Part shown: piece after piece, positions 9,157-18,704 of the stretch
How positions within the stretch are numbered: position 1 is the stretch's first letter
Layout: every line of letters begins with the position of its first letter
Assembly: GCA_023410715.1 (NCBI GenBank)
Contig: JAEYPN010000014.1
Coordinates: 21,032-85,031 of the forward strand
Direction: 5' to 3'
Length of the DNA stretch: 64,000 nt
Origin: Bacillota bacterium
GTDB taxonomy: Bacteria > Bacillota_I > Bacilli_A > Izemoplasmatales > UBA1188
Translations under genes and position numbers: made by a program
Notes under the pieces: generated by a model
The model's database searches: none
Told to the model about the DNA's origin: nothing
What the model saw: only the letters and a program-made list of their open reading frames with translations

Positions 9157-11022
9157 ATGAAAAAAATAGGAATACTTATCTTGAGTTTTTTTATAATTTG
9201 GGGATTGTGTGGATGTGATGCAATAACTAGTACTAATAAAACTACTACAAGCATGAAACCAACCACAATTAATAAACTTGCGATAGCCAATGAGGAATTA
9301 GAAAGAATTAAAGCCTTGATTCCTGAAGAGATTAATGGTGATTTAACACTTCCACTGGCTATTAGTTCAGACTTTATTGTTACATATAGTTCTGATGAAC
9401 TAGAATGTACGAATGGTATCCTTAAGTATCTCTCATACCTAGAGGATTATACGGTTAAAATAGAGATTAAAGTTGAATATAAAGGGGTCGAGACTACATC
9501 TTTTAAAACAATTAAAGCTTTAAAAGATGAAGCAGGATACTTTGCAGCTAAAGTTCAGAAGGTCGTAAGTGAAATAAAAGAGGCATTTATAGCTATATTG
9601 CCAAGTGAAGTAACAGGTAATTTTAGAATTGAAAAGTTGTCTTTTGAAGGGGTAACATATTCTTTAACAGTCAGTGATTTAGTAAAAGATGGAGATTTAT
9701 ATTTATACAATTTTCCACTTGTTGATCAAAATATAAAAGTTACAGTTAAAGCAACTTATGAAAAAACGGTTCTAGAAGATATTGTTTTTGATTTAACAGT
9801 AAAATCAGTTAGCAAATTAAAAAATATTCCGAAGATTTATATTGAAACGGAAAATCGTAAGCAAGTTACTTCTAAAGAAGACTATATTAAAGGTAGCTTC
9901 ACTTTAGCCGTTCAAAATGATGATTTAGAATTGGAAACTACAATGTCAAATCTGCCTTTAAGTATTAAAGGTAGAGGTAATTCAACCTGGGGTATGCCTA
10001 AGAAACCTTACCGGATTAAATTTGATTCTAAACAATCATTATTTGGCCAACCTAAAGCTAAAAGCTGGGTTTTACTAGCTAATTATATGGATCATACCTT
10101 AATTAGAAATTATTTAGCTTATACAACAGCTGCTAAACTTGATGGCTTAGATTTCACACCATGCGCTTTCTTTGTTGATTTATATTTAAATGGTGAATAT
10201 TTAGGTAATTATATGGTTACTGATCAGATTGAAGTATCTACTAATCGTGTAGCGATCGAAGAAGATAGTTCTGATGTAAATACAGGATATTTAATTGAAT
10301 TAGATCAAAGATTATATGAAGTTCCAGAAGGAGAAAAAGGTTGGGACTGGTTTGAATTAAATGATGAAGGTTCTAATTATGCTTATATGATTAAGTATCC
10401 AGAACCTGATAAAGAGTTTTTTTCGTTAGCTCAACACAACTTTATTAAAACTTATATGGGCGGTGTTTTAACGGCCGTTAAGACGAAAAACAATTACCAA
10501 GAATTGATTGATATTAACAGTTTTATTGATTATTTTATTATGTGTGAATTATTTAAAAATGTTGATAGTGGCTATAGTAGTGTTTATTATAATAAAACAA
10601 GGGATGGATTACTTAAAGCTGGTCCTGTTTGGGATTTTGACTTATCATCAACTAATCCAGGACATCTTGATTCATATAATCGTTCACCTGAAGGATGGTA
10701 TACATCTTTAAAAGAAAAAAATAGAATTTACTATTATTTAATGAAAGATAAGAGTTTCAAAACAGAACTTAGAAAAAGATGGTATGAAATAAATAATACA
10801 ATTATTAAGGATATGATGAATGAGATAGACTTAATTGTTGATGAAATTAAATTATCAAGAGTAGATAACTTTAACCGTTGGGATATATTAGGAAAAAATT
10901 TGGACTGGTATACATCGCCTGAAGTTTATAATGCCAATACATACGAAAAACAAATTGAATTACTAAGAACTTGGTTAGACAATAGAATAGCCTGGCTAAA
11001 TCAAGAGATGAGGACTCTTTAA
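9157..11022 (+). CDS. CotH kinase family lipoprotein
   Basis: Lipobox LCGC followed by a Thr/Ser-rich linker. CotH core motifs GRGNSTWGMPKKPYRIKF and PVWDFDLS. Confidence 0.85.
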   Translation: MKKIGILILSFFIIWGLCGCDAITSTNKTTTSMKPTTINKLAIANEELERIKALIPEEINGDLTLPLAISSDFIVTYSSDELECTNGILKYLSYLEDYTVKIEIKVEYKGVETTSFKTIKALKDEAGYFAAKVQKVVSEIKEAFIAILPSEVTGNFRIEKLSFEGVTYSLTVSDLVKDGDLYLYNFPLVDQNIKVTVKATYEKTVLEDIVFDLTVKSVSKLKNIPKIYIETENRKQVTSKEDYIKGSFTLAVQNDDLELETTMSNLPLSIKGRGNSTWGMPKKPYRIKFDSKQSLFGQPKAKSWVLLANYMDHTLIRNYLAYTTAAKLDGLDFTPCAFFVDLYLNGEYLGNYMVTDQIEVSTNRVAIEEDSSDVNTGYLIELDQRLYEVPEGEKGWDWFELNDEGSNYAYMIKYPEPDKEFFSLAQHNFIKTYMGGVLTAVKTKNNYQELIDINSFIDYFIMCELFKNVDSGYSSVYYNKTRDGLLKAGPVWDFDLSSTNPGHLDSYNRSPEGWYTSLKEKNRIYYYLMKDKSFKTELRKRWYEINNTIIKDMMNEIDLIVDEIKLSRVDNFNRWDILGKNLDWYTSPEVYNANTYEKQIELLRTWLDNRIAWLNQEMRTL

Positions 11023-11041
11023 ATACTAAATTTAACTAATG

Positions 11042-11075
11042 ACTGGATGTGATTTTTCACATTCAGTTTTTTCTT
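11042..11075 (+). terminator. Intrinsic terminator after cotH-like gene
   Basis: Stem ACTGGATGTGA / TCACATTCAGT with a TTTT loop, followed by a T-run. Confidence 0.65.
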
Positions 11076-11126
11076 TATTTTGGTAAAAATTTAAATATAA
11101 ATTTAAAGTGTTTAAAAAAAACTTGA

Positions 11127-11146
11127 ATATTGTTGAGAAACGATAT
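11127..11146. promoter_or_regulatory. Candidate operator: imperfect 20-bp palindrome containing the recurring TGTTGAGAA motif
   Basis: ATATTGTT-GAGA-AACGATAT (arms match 7 of 8). TGTTGAGAA recurs at 11204-11213 and 13497-13506. Confidence 0.35.
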
Positions 11147-11253
11147 AAAATATAAATAAATAATCTTAATAAAACGCTCAATATCAACAAAAATCTTCTA
11201 AATTGTTGAGAAATATATTAATGATATTTAAAAAGTTTAAAGGAGAAATAACT

Positions 11254-12297
11254 ATGTCAAAAGTGTCAATGACGCAGATTGCAGAAAAACTGGGTGTATC
11301 AAAATCATTAGTTTCTTTAGCTTTATCAAACAAATATGGTGTTAATGACCAAACAAGATTTAAAATCTATATTGAAGCTATAAAAATGGGTTTTGACTTT
11401 CAAACTATTAGGAGTCTAAATGAAAAAAATGAAAAATATATGATTTCAATCTATATTAAACAAATTGATTTAATCACGGAAAGATTTTGGCCGGAGATAT
11501 TATCAGGAATTGAAAAATCACTTTCTAGAATGAATTACCGGATGAAAACCCATGTTTGGGATAATAATGATAGTGAAGATGAACTGCTTGTAAGTGTTGC
11601 TCAAGGCGGATCTGATGGAGTCATCATTATTTCAGAACTTCCTAAAAATGTTTTAATTGGTTTAAAGAAAATGAATGTTCCAACTGTAATTGTTGATAGT
11701 AAAGAATACTACGATGGCCTTTTTGATAATGTCAGAGTTAACAATTACTTAGGGGGATATTTAGTTGCAGAATATTTAACTAAAATGGGACACAAAAAAT
11801 TAGGCTTTGTCGGTTCAATTTATCATTCAGTTTCTTTTAGAGAAAGATATCAAGGCTTTATGGATTATTTTCAAAATAATAGTATTATTGTTGATGTCAA
11901 GAAAGCTATTAGTAAAGCTAAAAACAGTCCAGAAAATGACTTTTTGTTTGTAACAGAAGATCTTTCTTTTATGCTAGAAGAAGATCATCCAACAGCAATC
12001 TTTTGTGCAAATGATGTGATTGCGGCAATGGTTTACGATAAGATTAATCAATTAGGTTATCGTATTCCTGAAGATATCTCTGTCATTGGTTTTGATAATG
12101 TTTATGTGACTAACGCTTATAAGCCACGCTTAACAAGTGTTAATATAAATAAAAAAGAAGTCGGTGAACAAGCCGTAAAGCTAATTTTAAACAGAATTAA
12201 CTTTCCTGAGAAAATTACACAATCAATTTTATTAGGCGTAGAAATTGATGAGAAAAAATCGGTATATGACTTAAATAAGACAGGTATAGATGAATGA
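11254..12297 (+). CDS. LacI family transcriptional regulator
   Basis: N-terminal HTH MTQIAEKLGVSKSLVSLALSNKYGV and a periplasmic-binding-protein-like sugar domain. The ATG at 11254 follows AAAGGAG. The ORF-track start at 11203 lies inside a putative operator. Confidence 0.9.
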   Translation: MSKVSMTQIAEKLGVSKSLVSLALSNKYGVNDQTRFKIYIEAIKMGFDFQTIRSLNEKNEKYMISIYIKQIDLITERFWPEILSGIEKSLSRMNYRMKTHVWDNNDSEDELLVSVAQGGSDGVIIISELPKNVLIGLKKMNVPTVIVDSKEYYDGLFDNVRVNNYLGGYLVAEYLTKMGHKKLGFVGSIYHSVSFRERYQGFMDYFQNNSIIVDVKKAISKAKNSPENDFLFVTEDLSFMLEEDHPTAIFCANDVIAAMVYDKINQLGYRIPEDISVIGFDNVYVTNAYKPRLTSVNINKKEVGEQAVKLILNRINFPEKITQSILLGVEIDEKKSVYDLNKTGIDE

Positions 12298-13277
12298 ACC
12301 AAATATTAGGAACACATATTATCGGCCCAAAGTACCATTTTTATGATGAAGATTCAGTTATTGAAGGAGCAAAAAGAATTTATGAAATGGGCTCAAAAAT
12401 TGTCAAAATCCGTTTTGAGAGCTTTGATAAGCTAAAACAAATTTCAGATATTGGTTTTGATGAGATATTTTTATGGTATGATAATCCAAAACCAAATGAG
12501 GAAATAGAAGATAATTATTATTATCAAAACATGTATAACCTAGTTAAATATATTTTGACAACATTTAAAAATACTAATAAATCATTTTTTATTGGACATT
12601 GGGAAGGTGATTGGTTAATCAATCATTACGTTCCAAAAGAAAATATTACTAAAGATGCTAAAGAAATTAATATAAAAAGAATGATTAACTGTTTAAATGT
12701 AAAAAGGAAGGCATTTGATAAAGCTAAAGAAGACTTTGGTTTAGAAAACGTCAATGTATATATATATGCTGAACTAAACCGGGTAATAGACTATATTGAT
12801 AAAGGATTGAATCGTTTTGTAAATAAGGTCTTACCATACATCGATATGGATTTTATTTCTTATTCCGCATATGATTTGCAAAACGAATCAAAAGAAAAGG
12901 TTCATGAGGTTTTAGATTTTATTGAAAGCAAAATGAAGCAAAGATCAGTTGAGGGATTTAATAAAAGAGTATTTATTGGTGAGTTTGGGATATGCGCTGA
13001 AACGGTAAAATATGATGAAGAAAAGCATAAATTAGTTAACTTAGAAATTATTGGGAAATTCTTATCTTGGGGTGTACCATTTATTATTTACTGGGAATTT
13101 TATAATAACGAGGTAAATGAAGACCTTTCACATAGGGGTTACTGGTTAATTGATAATCATAATAGAAAGTGGCCATTATATGATTTTTTTAAAAAGTATT
13201 ATCAAGTGTTAAACGAAAATTTTGAAAATAATTCTCAAGAAATTTTGTGTAATTTAATTAGTGATGAGGTGTTGTAA
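12294..13277 (+). CDS. Cytoplasmic protein, putative (beta/alpha)8 glycoside hydrolase (clan GH-A-like motifs), family unassigned
   Basis: ATGA overlap with the lacI-like stop. Motifs HWEGDW and IGEFG about 130 aa apart, plus YWEFYNNE. Clear paralogue of the N-terminal half of 18761-21241. Confidence 0.55.
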   Translation: MNQILGTHIIGPKYHFYDEDSVIEGAKRIYEMGSKIVKIRFESFDKLKQISDIGFDEIFLWYDNPKPNEEIEDNYYYQNMYNLVKYILTTFKNTNKSFFIGHWEGDWLINHYVPKENITKDAKEINIKRMINCLNVKRKAFDKAKEDFGLENVNVYIYAELNRVIDYIDKGLNRFVNKVLPYIDMDFISYSAYDLQNESKEKVHEVLDFIESKMKQRSVEGFNKRVFIGEFGICAETVKYDEEKHKLVNLEIIGKFLSWGVPFIIYWEFYNNEVNEDLSHRGYWLIDNHNRKWPLYDFFKKYYQVLNENFENNSQEILCNLISDEVL

Positions 13278-13291
13278 AAGCACCTCTTTTT
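13266..13291 (+). terminator. Intrinsic terminator ending the regulator unit
   Basis: Stem GAGGTG / CACCTC spanning the stop codon, followed by TTTTT. Confidence 0.6.
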
Positions 13292-13302
13292 CTTAATTCA
13301 AC

Positions 13303-13316
13303 CTAAAACGTTTTAG
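13303..13316. promoter_or_regulatory. Perfect 14-bp palindrome with central CG (LacI/CcpA-type operator candidate)
   Basis: CTAAAACGTTTTAG equals its own reverse complement. It lies between the regulator unit and the big operon. Confidence 0.45.
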
Positions 13317-13523
13317 TGCAAAAAAGCTAAAATATTTCGGTATCGTTTTTGTAAATTAATTTAGAAAAATGTGGAAATAATAGCCAAATGTAGCGAAGTA
13401 TGTTATAATACTATTTAATAGTAGAAGAAAACAGCTTAATTGTTTAATAATGGCAAATAAAGGTTAAAACTATAATGTTTAAAAAATTATAGTTAATGTT
13501 GAGAACAATATATTGCCACGATA

Positions 13524-13552
13524 TTGACTTCATATATGAAATTAAGTAAAAT
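13524..13552 (+). promoter_or_regulatory. Candidate promoter of the 13.6-39.8 kb operon
   Basis: TTGACT (13524-13529), 17-nt spacer, TAAAAT (13547-13552). A cre-like site TGTAAGCGTTTCAA follows directly at about 13559-13572. A second candidate with an extended -10 (TGTTATAAT) is at 13401-13409. Confidence 0.45.
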
Positions 13553-13603
13553 TTAATTGTAAGCGTTTCAAACATTTTTACAATTTAGGAGGAGAAAATT
13601 CTT

Positions 13604-16600
13604 ATGAAGAAAACGAACTTTTTTTTAATGCTTATGTTTATGCTAGTATCAGTTGTTTTAATCGGTTGTACAAAGACAACAACAAGTAAAACAACAACTA
13701 GTAAAAAAACAACAGTAAGCATTACTTCGAAAGCTCCAACAACAAAGGAGCCTACAACTAAGCCTAGTACAGCAACTGTCCCAACTACACAAATTAAGGG
13801 CAATGCAGTTTTCGAAGGCGTTAGTGACGTATCTATTTCTGTCGGAACAGAATTCAGTAAAACTACAGGTGTTACTGCAAAAGATTACGACGGAACAGAC
13901 TTAACTAGTGAAATCTCTACATCAGGTTTATTTAATGCAAATAGAGCCGGTTCTTATAAAATTACGTATAAAGTAACAGGTAAAAACGGTGTTGAGGTTA
14001 TAGCCACTAGAACAATCACGGTATCAGAAAATGCCTTTATCACAACAACCAAATCATCTATTACGCTTGTAATTGGTGCAGAATTCAACCCATTAGAAGG
14101 CGTTACTGCAACAGATGGTGATGTGGATGGAACAGATATTACTGATAAAGTAACTTACTCATATTCAGAAGGCTTTGTTTTAACTGAAGCAGGTGTTGGA
14201 GAAGTTATTTATAAAGTTGTTGGTAGCAATGGACAAGAAATAATGGTTTCAATTCCAATTACAATTGTTGCCCCAGAAAAAGCTAAAATCTTCTTCGGTA
14301 CAGTTGAAGCTCCAACAGATGGTTCAGGAACTATTACTCGTACATTTGATTTTAATCCATTAGCTGGCTTAAAAGCATTTGACTATGATGGCGAAGATTT
14401 ATCAAACCATGTTGTAGTTGAAGGCCAAGTTAATAACTTTGTAGTTGGTTCTTACACTTTAGTTTATAAAGTTACAGGTAAAAATAACGAAGAAGCTAGA
14501 CTTGAAAGAACAATTGAAGTTGTTGACAGATACATTGAAATAGCAGGGAACAGATATGCTGTTGATCAAGCAAATATTAATCCAGAAAAATTAATGACAA
14601 ATCAACAAGGTCCTTCATCAGGTGTTATCACAATTTTAACTGGTATGCCAGAAGGAACAACAGGATTTGCATCTGGTTCAACACAAACATATCCAGTAGT
14701 AATCGTTTGTGACGCACAAGGTAGAATTGTTTACGCACGTGACCCATTCATGGGCGAATTCCAAATAAAAGAAGTAGTAGATCCAGAAACTTTAGAAGTA
14801 AGTTATGTTGGTGAACCAATTAGAACATTTAAGATTGGTGCAACTCCAGAAGAAACTTTAGCAAATTTCAATAAAGACGTTTCAGCTGGTGGCGGAACTG
14901 GTTTCGGTCAAACAACAATCTTTAAAGACATTGCTAACTTTATTCCAGAAGGTGGATTTATAATCGTTTGTCCTTACAGCCAAAATGCTGATAGTAATTA
15001 TGGCGAAAACCATCCAGTAAGAAAATTCGGTCTTGACATGGGTCGTAGAATTGGCGCATTAGTAAGAATTGTTGGACTTGAAATTCCTGGATATACACAA
15101 AAAGACTTAAATGAATTAATCTTATTTGAAGGTGTTGAAGATGAATATTTATTAACAGGTACTGAATTTGATGCAATGGCTAATGTTAAAGCATTTAGAG
15201 GCGAAGACGAAGCTACAGTAGTTGCAGTTAAATCAACAGTGGATGTTACAACTCCTGGTAAATATTATGTTATCTATAAAGCAACAATAGGCAATGAATA
15301 TGTATATTATACAAGAAGAGTAGTTGTTGAAGATACTTTAACAGATGCAAGAATTGAAGGAACAGATCAAAAGATTTTCTTAAATAAAGTTACAGATTTA
15401 AGAAGCCTTGTAAAAGCATTTGAATTCACAAGAGAATTAATTAACTATAAATTAGAAATTGAAGATGGTGGATTCGATTTTACTAAAGAAGGCGAATACG
15501 TTGTTACATATAAAGTAACTGGCCAAAGCGGCGTTCAAGTTACTAAAACAATTATGTTAACTGTATCATCAGAACCAACAATCAATTTAAGAAATGAAGA
15601 AGTGACAATAGATCAAGGCCAAGCATTTGATGCAGCATTTGGTACATCAGCTATTGATTATAATGGTAATATTATAACAGTAACTGTTTCAGAATATGAT
15701 GTTAATCAAATTGGCGAACAAACAATTATTATTACTGCAGTTGGTGCATTAAAAACAGCAACTAAAGAAATTAAATTAACAGTTTTAGGCCCAAAACCAG
15801 TACTTGAATTTACTGATTCAGCAAATGTAGTTATCAATACTGAATTTGATGCTTTAAAATTTGTAGTTTTAAGCAAAGACCATAATGGTATAGAATTAAC
15901 ACCAACATGGGTTATTGAAAAACTTAATGGTGAAGTTTGGGAATTAGTTGAAAACATTGATACAACAGTTCTTGGCTCTTACCGTGTAACTTATAAATTA
16001 GTTGGTGAATATCAAGAAGTTGTATCAACTTTAAATGTTGAAGTTATAGATCCAAATCCAAGTATTGTTGGTGTTAAATCACAAGCAGTTATCAAAGGTA
16101 CAGAATTTACTGCATTAACAGGCGTAAAAGCATTTGATGCTTTTGGAGTTGAATTAGCAGCTGAAAAATTACTAGTTAAAATTAAATTAATTAGTGAAGT
16201 TGAAGGTGTTGAAACATTAACAGAAGTAAGTGCAATCGATGTAAATAATATTGGAACATACGTTGTAACATATACAGCAGTTGATGGTGAATATCAAGTA
16301 CAAAAGGTTGCAAGAATTAGCATTATTGAAGAACCAACTCATTCAATGTTCTATGTTGATGGTGTTGCAATGTTAGATCGCTATAATGTTTATGAAAATA
16401 TTACAAATGATGTATTAGAAGAAACAATGACTAATGCCGTAAATGCTTCACTTGAAAAATATGGCGAAGCTGGCGTTTCTACAACTATTCTTCAAGAATT
16501 AGGTTATTCAATTTTCGTTTATGATAATATGGAAGATGTTCCAACAACAATTAATTACATTGGTGGTGCATCAGCAGGTGTACAAATCTTCTCAATGATG

Positions 16601-17011
16601 TTTATCATCGATGCTCAAGGTAATGTACGTTTTGCAAGAAGTTACTCAAAACCAACTATTAATGGTAAAGCAAATAACTCTGTTGACCAAATTGAAAGAG
16701 GCGTTAAAGAAGAATTCTCAACACCTACAGTATACAATGCAAATACTTGTGAATTTGGTGCATTAATGAACAATATTATTGTTAATGGTACAAAAGTATT
16801 AACAAAAGCTGGTGCAGAACAAGGTATAGTAGCTTCTGCATGGACACTTCAAGAGGGCGAAAAATTAGTTGTTATTGGTGGTCACGGCGGAACAGCTGGT
16901 TGGGCTGCAAACTGGTTTAGAACATTAAGTACTGATCCACTTGCTCAAAGCGTGTTCTCATTAAATTCAAATGTTCAATATTTTGAAGTTGAAGCGAATT
17001 CTGCAGAATAA
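13604..17011 (+). CDS. Large surface lipoprotein with about 8 Ig-like (DUF5011-type by eye) repeats and two copies of an unassigned ~200-aa domain
   Basis: Lipobox LIGC, then a T/S/K-rich linker. Repeats of the form GV.A.D.DG.DLT......(G.Y.VTYKV.G.NG). AGGAGG RBS. Confidence 0.85.
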   Translation: MKKTNFFLMLMFMLVSVVLIGCTKTTTSKTTTSKKTTVSITSKAPTTKEPTTKPSTATVPTTQIKGNAVFEGVSDVSISVGTEFSKTTGVTAKDYDGTDLTSEISTSGLFNANRAGSYKITYKVTGKNGVEVIATRTITVSENAFITTTKSSITLVIGAEFNPLEGVTATDGDVDGTDITDKVTYSYSEGFVLTEAGVGEVIYKVVGSNGQEIMVSIPITIVAPEKAKIFFGTVEAPTDGSGTITRTFDFNPLAGLKAFDYDGEDLSNHVVVEGQVNNFVVGSYTLVYKVTGKNNEEARLERTIEVVDRYIEIAGNRYAVDQANINPEKLMTNQQGPSSGVITILTGMPEGTTGFASGSTQTYPVVIVCDAQGRIVYARDPFMGEFQIKEVVDPETLEVSYVGEPIRTFKIGATPEETLANFNKDVSAGGGTGFGQTTIFKDIANFIPEGGFIIVCPYSQNADSNYGENHPVRKFGLDMGRRIGALVRIVGLEIPGYTQKDLNELILFEGVEDEYLLTGTEFDAMANVKAFRGEDEATVVAVKSTVDVTTPGKYYVIYKATIGNEYVYYTRRVVVEDTLTDARIEGTDQKIFLNKVTDLRSLVKAFEFTRELINYKLEIEDGGFDFTKEGEYVVTYKVTGQSGVQVTKTIMLTVSSEPTINLRNEEVTIDQGQAFDAAFGTSAIDYNGNIITVTVSEYDVNQIGEQTIIITAVGALKTATKEIKLTVLGPKPVLEFTDSANVVINTEFDALKFVVLSKDHNGIELTPTWVIEKLNGEVWELVENIDTTVLGSYRVTYKLVGEYQEVVSTLNVEVIDPNPSIVGVKSQAVIKGTEFTALTGVKAFDAFGVELAAEKLLVKIKLISEVEGVETLTEVSAIDVNNIGTYVVTYTAVDGEYQVQKVARISIIEEPTHSMFYVDGVAMLDRYNVYENITNDVLEETMTNAVNASLEKYGEAGVSTTILQELGYSIFVYDNMEDVPTTINYIGGASAGVQIFSMMFIIDAQGNVRFARSYSKPTINGKANNSVDQIERGVKEEFSTPTVYNANTCEFGALMNNIIVNGTKVLTKAGAEQGIVASAWTLQEGEKLVVIGGHGGTAGWAANWFRTLSTDPLAQSVFSLNSNVQYFEVEANSAE

Positions 17012-17032
17012 TTAAAAAAGAGAGGATAAAAT

Positions 17033-18688
17033 ATGAAAAAAATATTTACGTTTCTATCGCTTATAGTTTTATCGGCATTGTTAGTTGCTTGCGGTACAAA
17101 AACAACAGCTTCTACTAGTAAAACTACAAAAAGCACTAATCCTGCAATAACAAGACCAAGTAGTTCAAAAGAAGGATCAATTACAACAGCTAAATCAACA
17201 ATTCAAAATACAACAAAGCCAATTAACACTACTCAACCATCAACTGATGTTGAGGAAGAATTTGTTTGTAACGTTGACCGTAGCGGTATTGATGAGAAAG
17301 ATTTAATTGAAATTGATTACTTTGCAACAGACGATGAATATGTCGAAGTAAGAATGGCATGTGCTTACATGCAAGAACATCCAAACGTAGTTATTGAAAA
17401 TCGTTATGATATTAAAGCTGACGCACAAGCAGCAGGTAAAGAATATACATCATACTTAGTAGAATTAGCTTCTACAACAGGATATATTCCTGATCTTATG
17501 CAATTATCAAATTTAATCAGTGCTGCTAAAGGTAAATTATTATATGACTATTCAAATGAATATAATAATGATCCAGATACTGAACATTTATTTGAATCTG
17601 CAAAAACTTTAGGTGTATATAATGGCAAACGTTTAGGTATGGCCAACGGTCAAGCTATTCGTGGTGTTATGTTAAATAAGACTTTACTAGAAAAATATAA
17701 TTTTAATTTAAGAAATTATGGATTTAACTCACGTACAGGAGAAATCTGGACTGTTGATGACATGATTAAATTAGCTCGTGATTTTACAACAGCAGCTCGT
17801 ACAGCAGAAGGTAATAAATATTATTATGGTGTTGATGGTGAATATAATCAACTAGGATTTGATTTATATTTCCCTTCAGTATACAGCGATAAATTAACTT
17901 ACTGGGGTGTTGATAAAACAACAGGCTTAATTGACTTTACAAGTGAAAATTCAAAATATATCGAAGTATATCAAAAAGAAATTGATTTACTAAAAGAAGG
18001 TACACGTCCAAATCTTACAGCTGCAGAAGCTGCTGAAGAATTCGGAGCTGCTGTTTCAGCTGAAACATTATTCTTCGAACTTGGTAGAACTTTAATGTAT
18101 CATTCATTTACATATAACTTTTTCATGCTTCAAGAAGTAGAAGATTATGAAATTCAATTTTTACCTCTACCTAGTATTAAAGAAGAGGGTGTAACTAACA
18201 AAACATTTGGTGAAACTGGACCTATGGGATTGTCAGCAAAACTTAAAGATGACCCTGTAAAAGCTGCAGTTGTTTATGATTTTGCTAAATATGTTACATG
18301 GGGTGAAGAAGGCTTCTTAAAAAGAATTGAAATTAACCTTGAACAAGGAACAATTCTTCCTAAATTCCCAGTTTCAGATTTTGAAACAGTATGGAATAGA
18401 ATTAGAGAAATATATACTGACTCTGAAAGTGCTTATTACATCGAAGGATTTGATGTAGTTATCGATAACTTATTAAATGGTTCAGTAGAACTTGGTTTAG
18501 TTAAATATCATCCAGGAATTGCTACATTTAAAGCAAAATTAACAAACTTAGCAGACTTAAATAAGAAAAAAGTTTTAGCTGGTGAATTAACTGTTGCAGA
18601 AATGGCAAAGATTTGGCAAGATTATGCTAATAATTTAATAATTGAAGAAAAAGCCCAATTAGATAACTATACTAGTGATCCAGAATAA
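17033..18688 (+). CDS. ABC transporter substrate-binding lipoprotein (carbohydrate type, large)
   Basis: Lipobox LVACG and a T/S-rich linker. 551 aa, with the size and composition of the large LplA/YtcQ-type sugar-binding proteins. Confidence 0.8.
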   Translation: MKKIFTFLSLIVLSALLVACGTKTTASTSKTTKSTNPAITRPSSSKEGSITTAKSTIQNTTKPINTTQPSTDVEEEFVCNVDRSGIDEKDLIEIDYFATDDEYVEVRMACAYMQEHPNVVIENRYDIKADAQAAGKEYTSYLVELASTTGYIPDLMQLSNLISAAKGKLLYDYSNEYNNDPDTEHLFESAKTLGVYNGKRLGMANGQAIRGVMLNKTLLEKYNFNLRNYGFNSRTGEIWTVDDMIKLARDFTTAARTAEGNKYYYGVDGEYNQLGFDLYFPSVYSDKLTYWGVDKTTGLIDFTSENSKYIEVYQKEIDLLKEGTRPNLTAAEAAEEFGAAVSAETLFFELGRTLMYHSFTYNFFMLQEVEDYEIQFLPLPSIKEEGVTNKTFGETGPMGLSAKLKDDPVKAAVVYDFAKYVTWGEEGFLKRIEINLEQGTILPKFPVSDFETVWNRIREIYTDSESAYYIEGFDVVIDNLLNGSVELGLVKYHPGIATFKAKLTNLADLNKKKVLAGELTVAEMAKIWQDYANNLIIEEKAQLDNYTSDPE

Positions 18689-18704
18689 AAAATAATTAAG
18701 AAAT

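Noticed and set aside
13468-13494. Perfect 9-bp hairpin (AACTATAAT / ATTATAGTT) in the leader region of the big operon, considered as a terminator or attenuator
   Set aside because: No T-run follows it, and it lies upstream of the better promoter candidate at 13524-13552. There is insufficient evidence for a regulatory RNA.
13585-13803. 72-aa minus-strand ORF rich in V, L and G. Similar short opposite-strand or out-of-frame ORFs appear in the track at 2541, 6451, 10508, 12117, 14958, 15706, 18745, 19665, 21947, 23953, 24190, 30458, 37149, 37557, 40103, 40909, 57146, 57755 and 60675.
   Set aside because: All are embedded in much longer ORFs with clear family motifs. They have no RBS and have low-complexity or biased composition. 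The V/L-rich ones are simply antisense readings of Thr/Ser/Lys linker codons.
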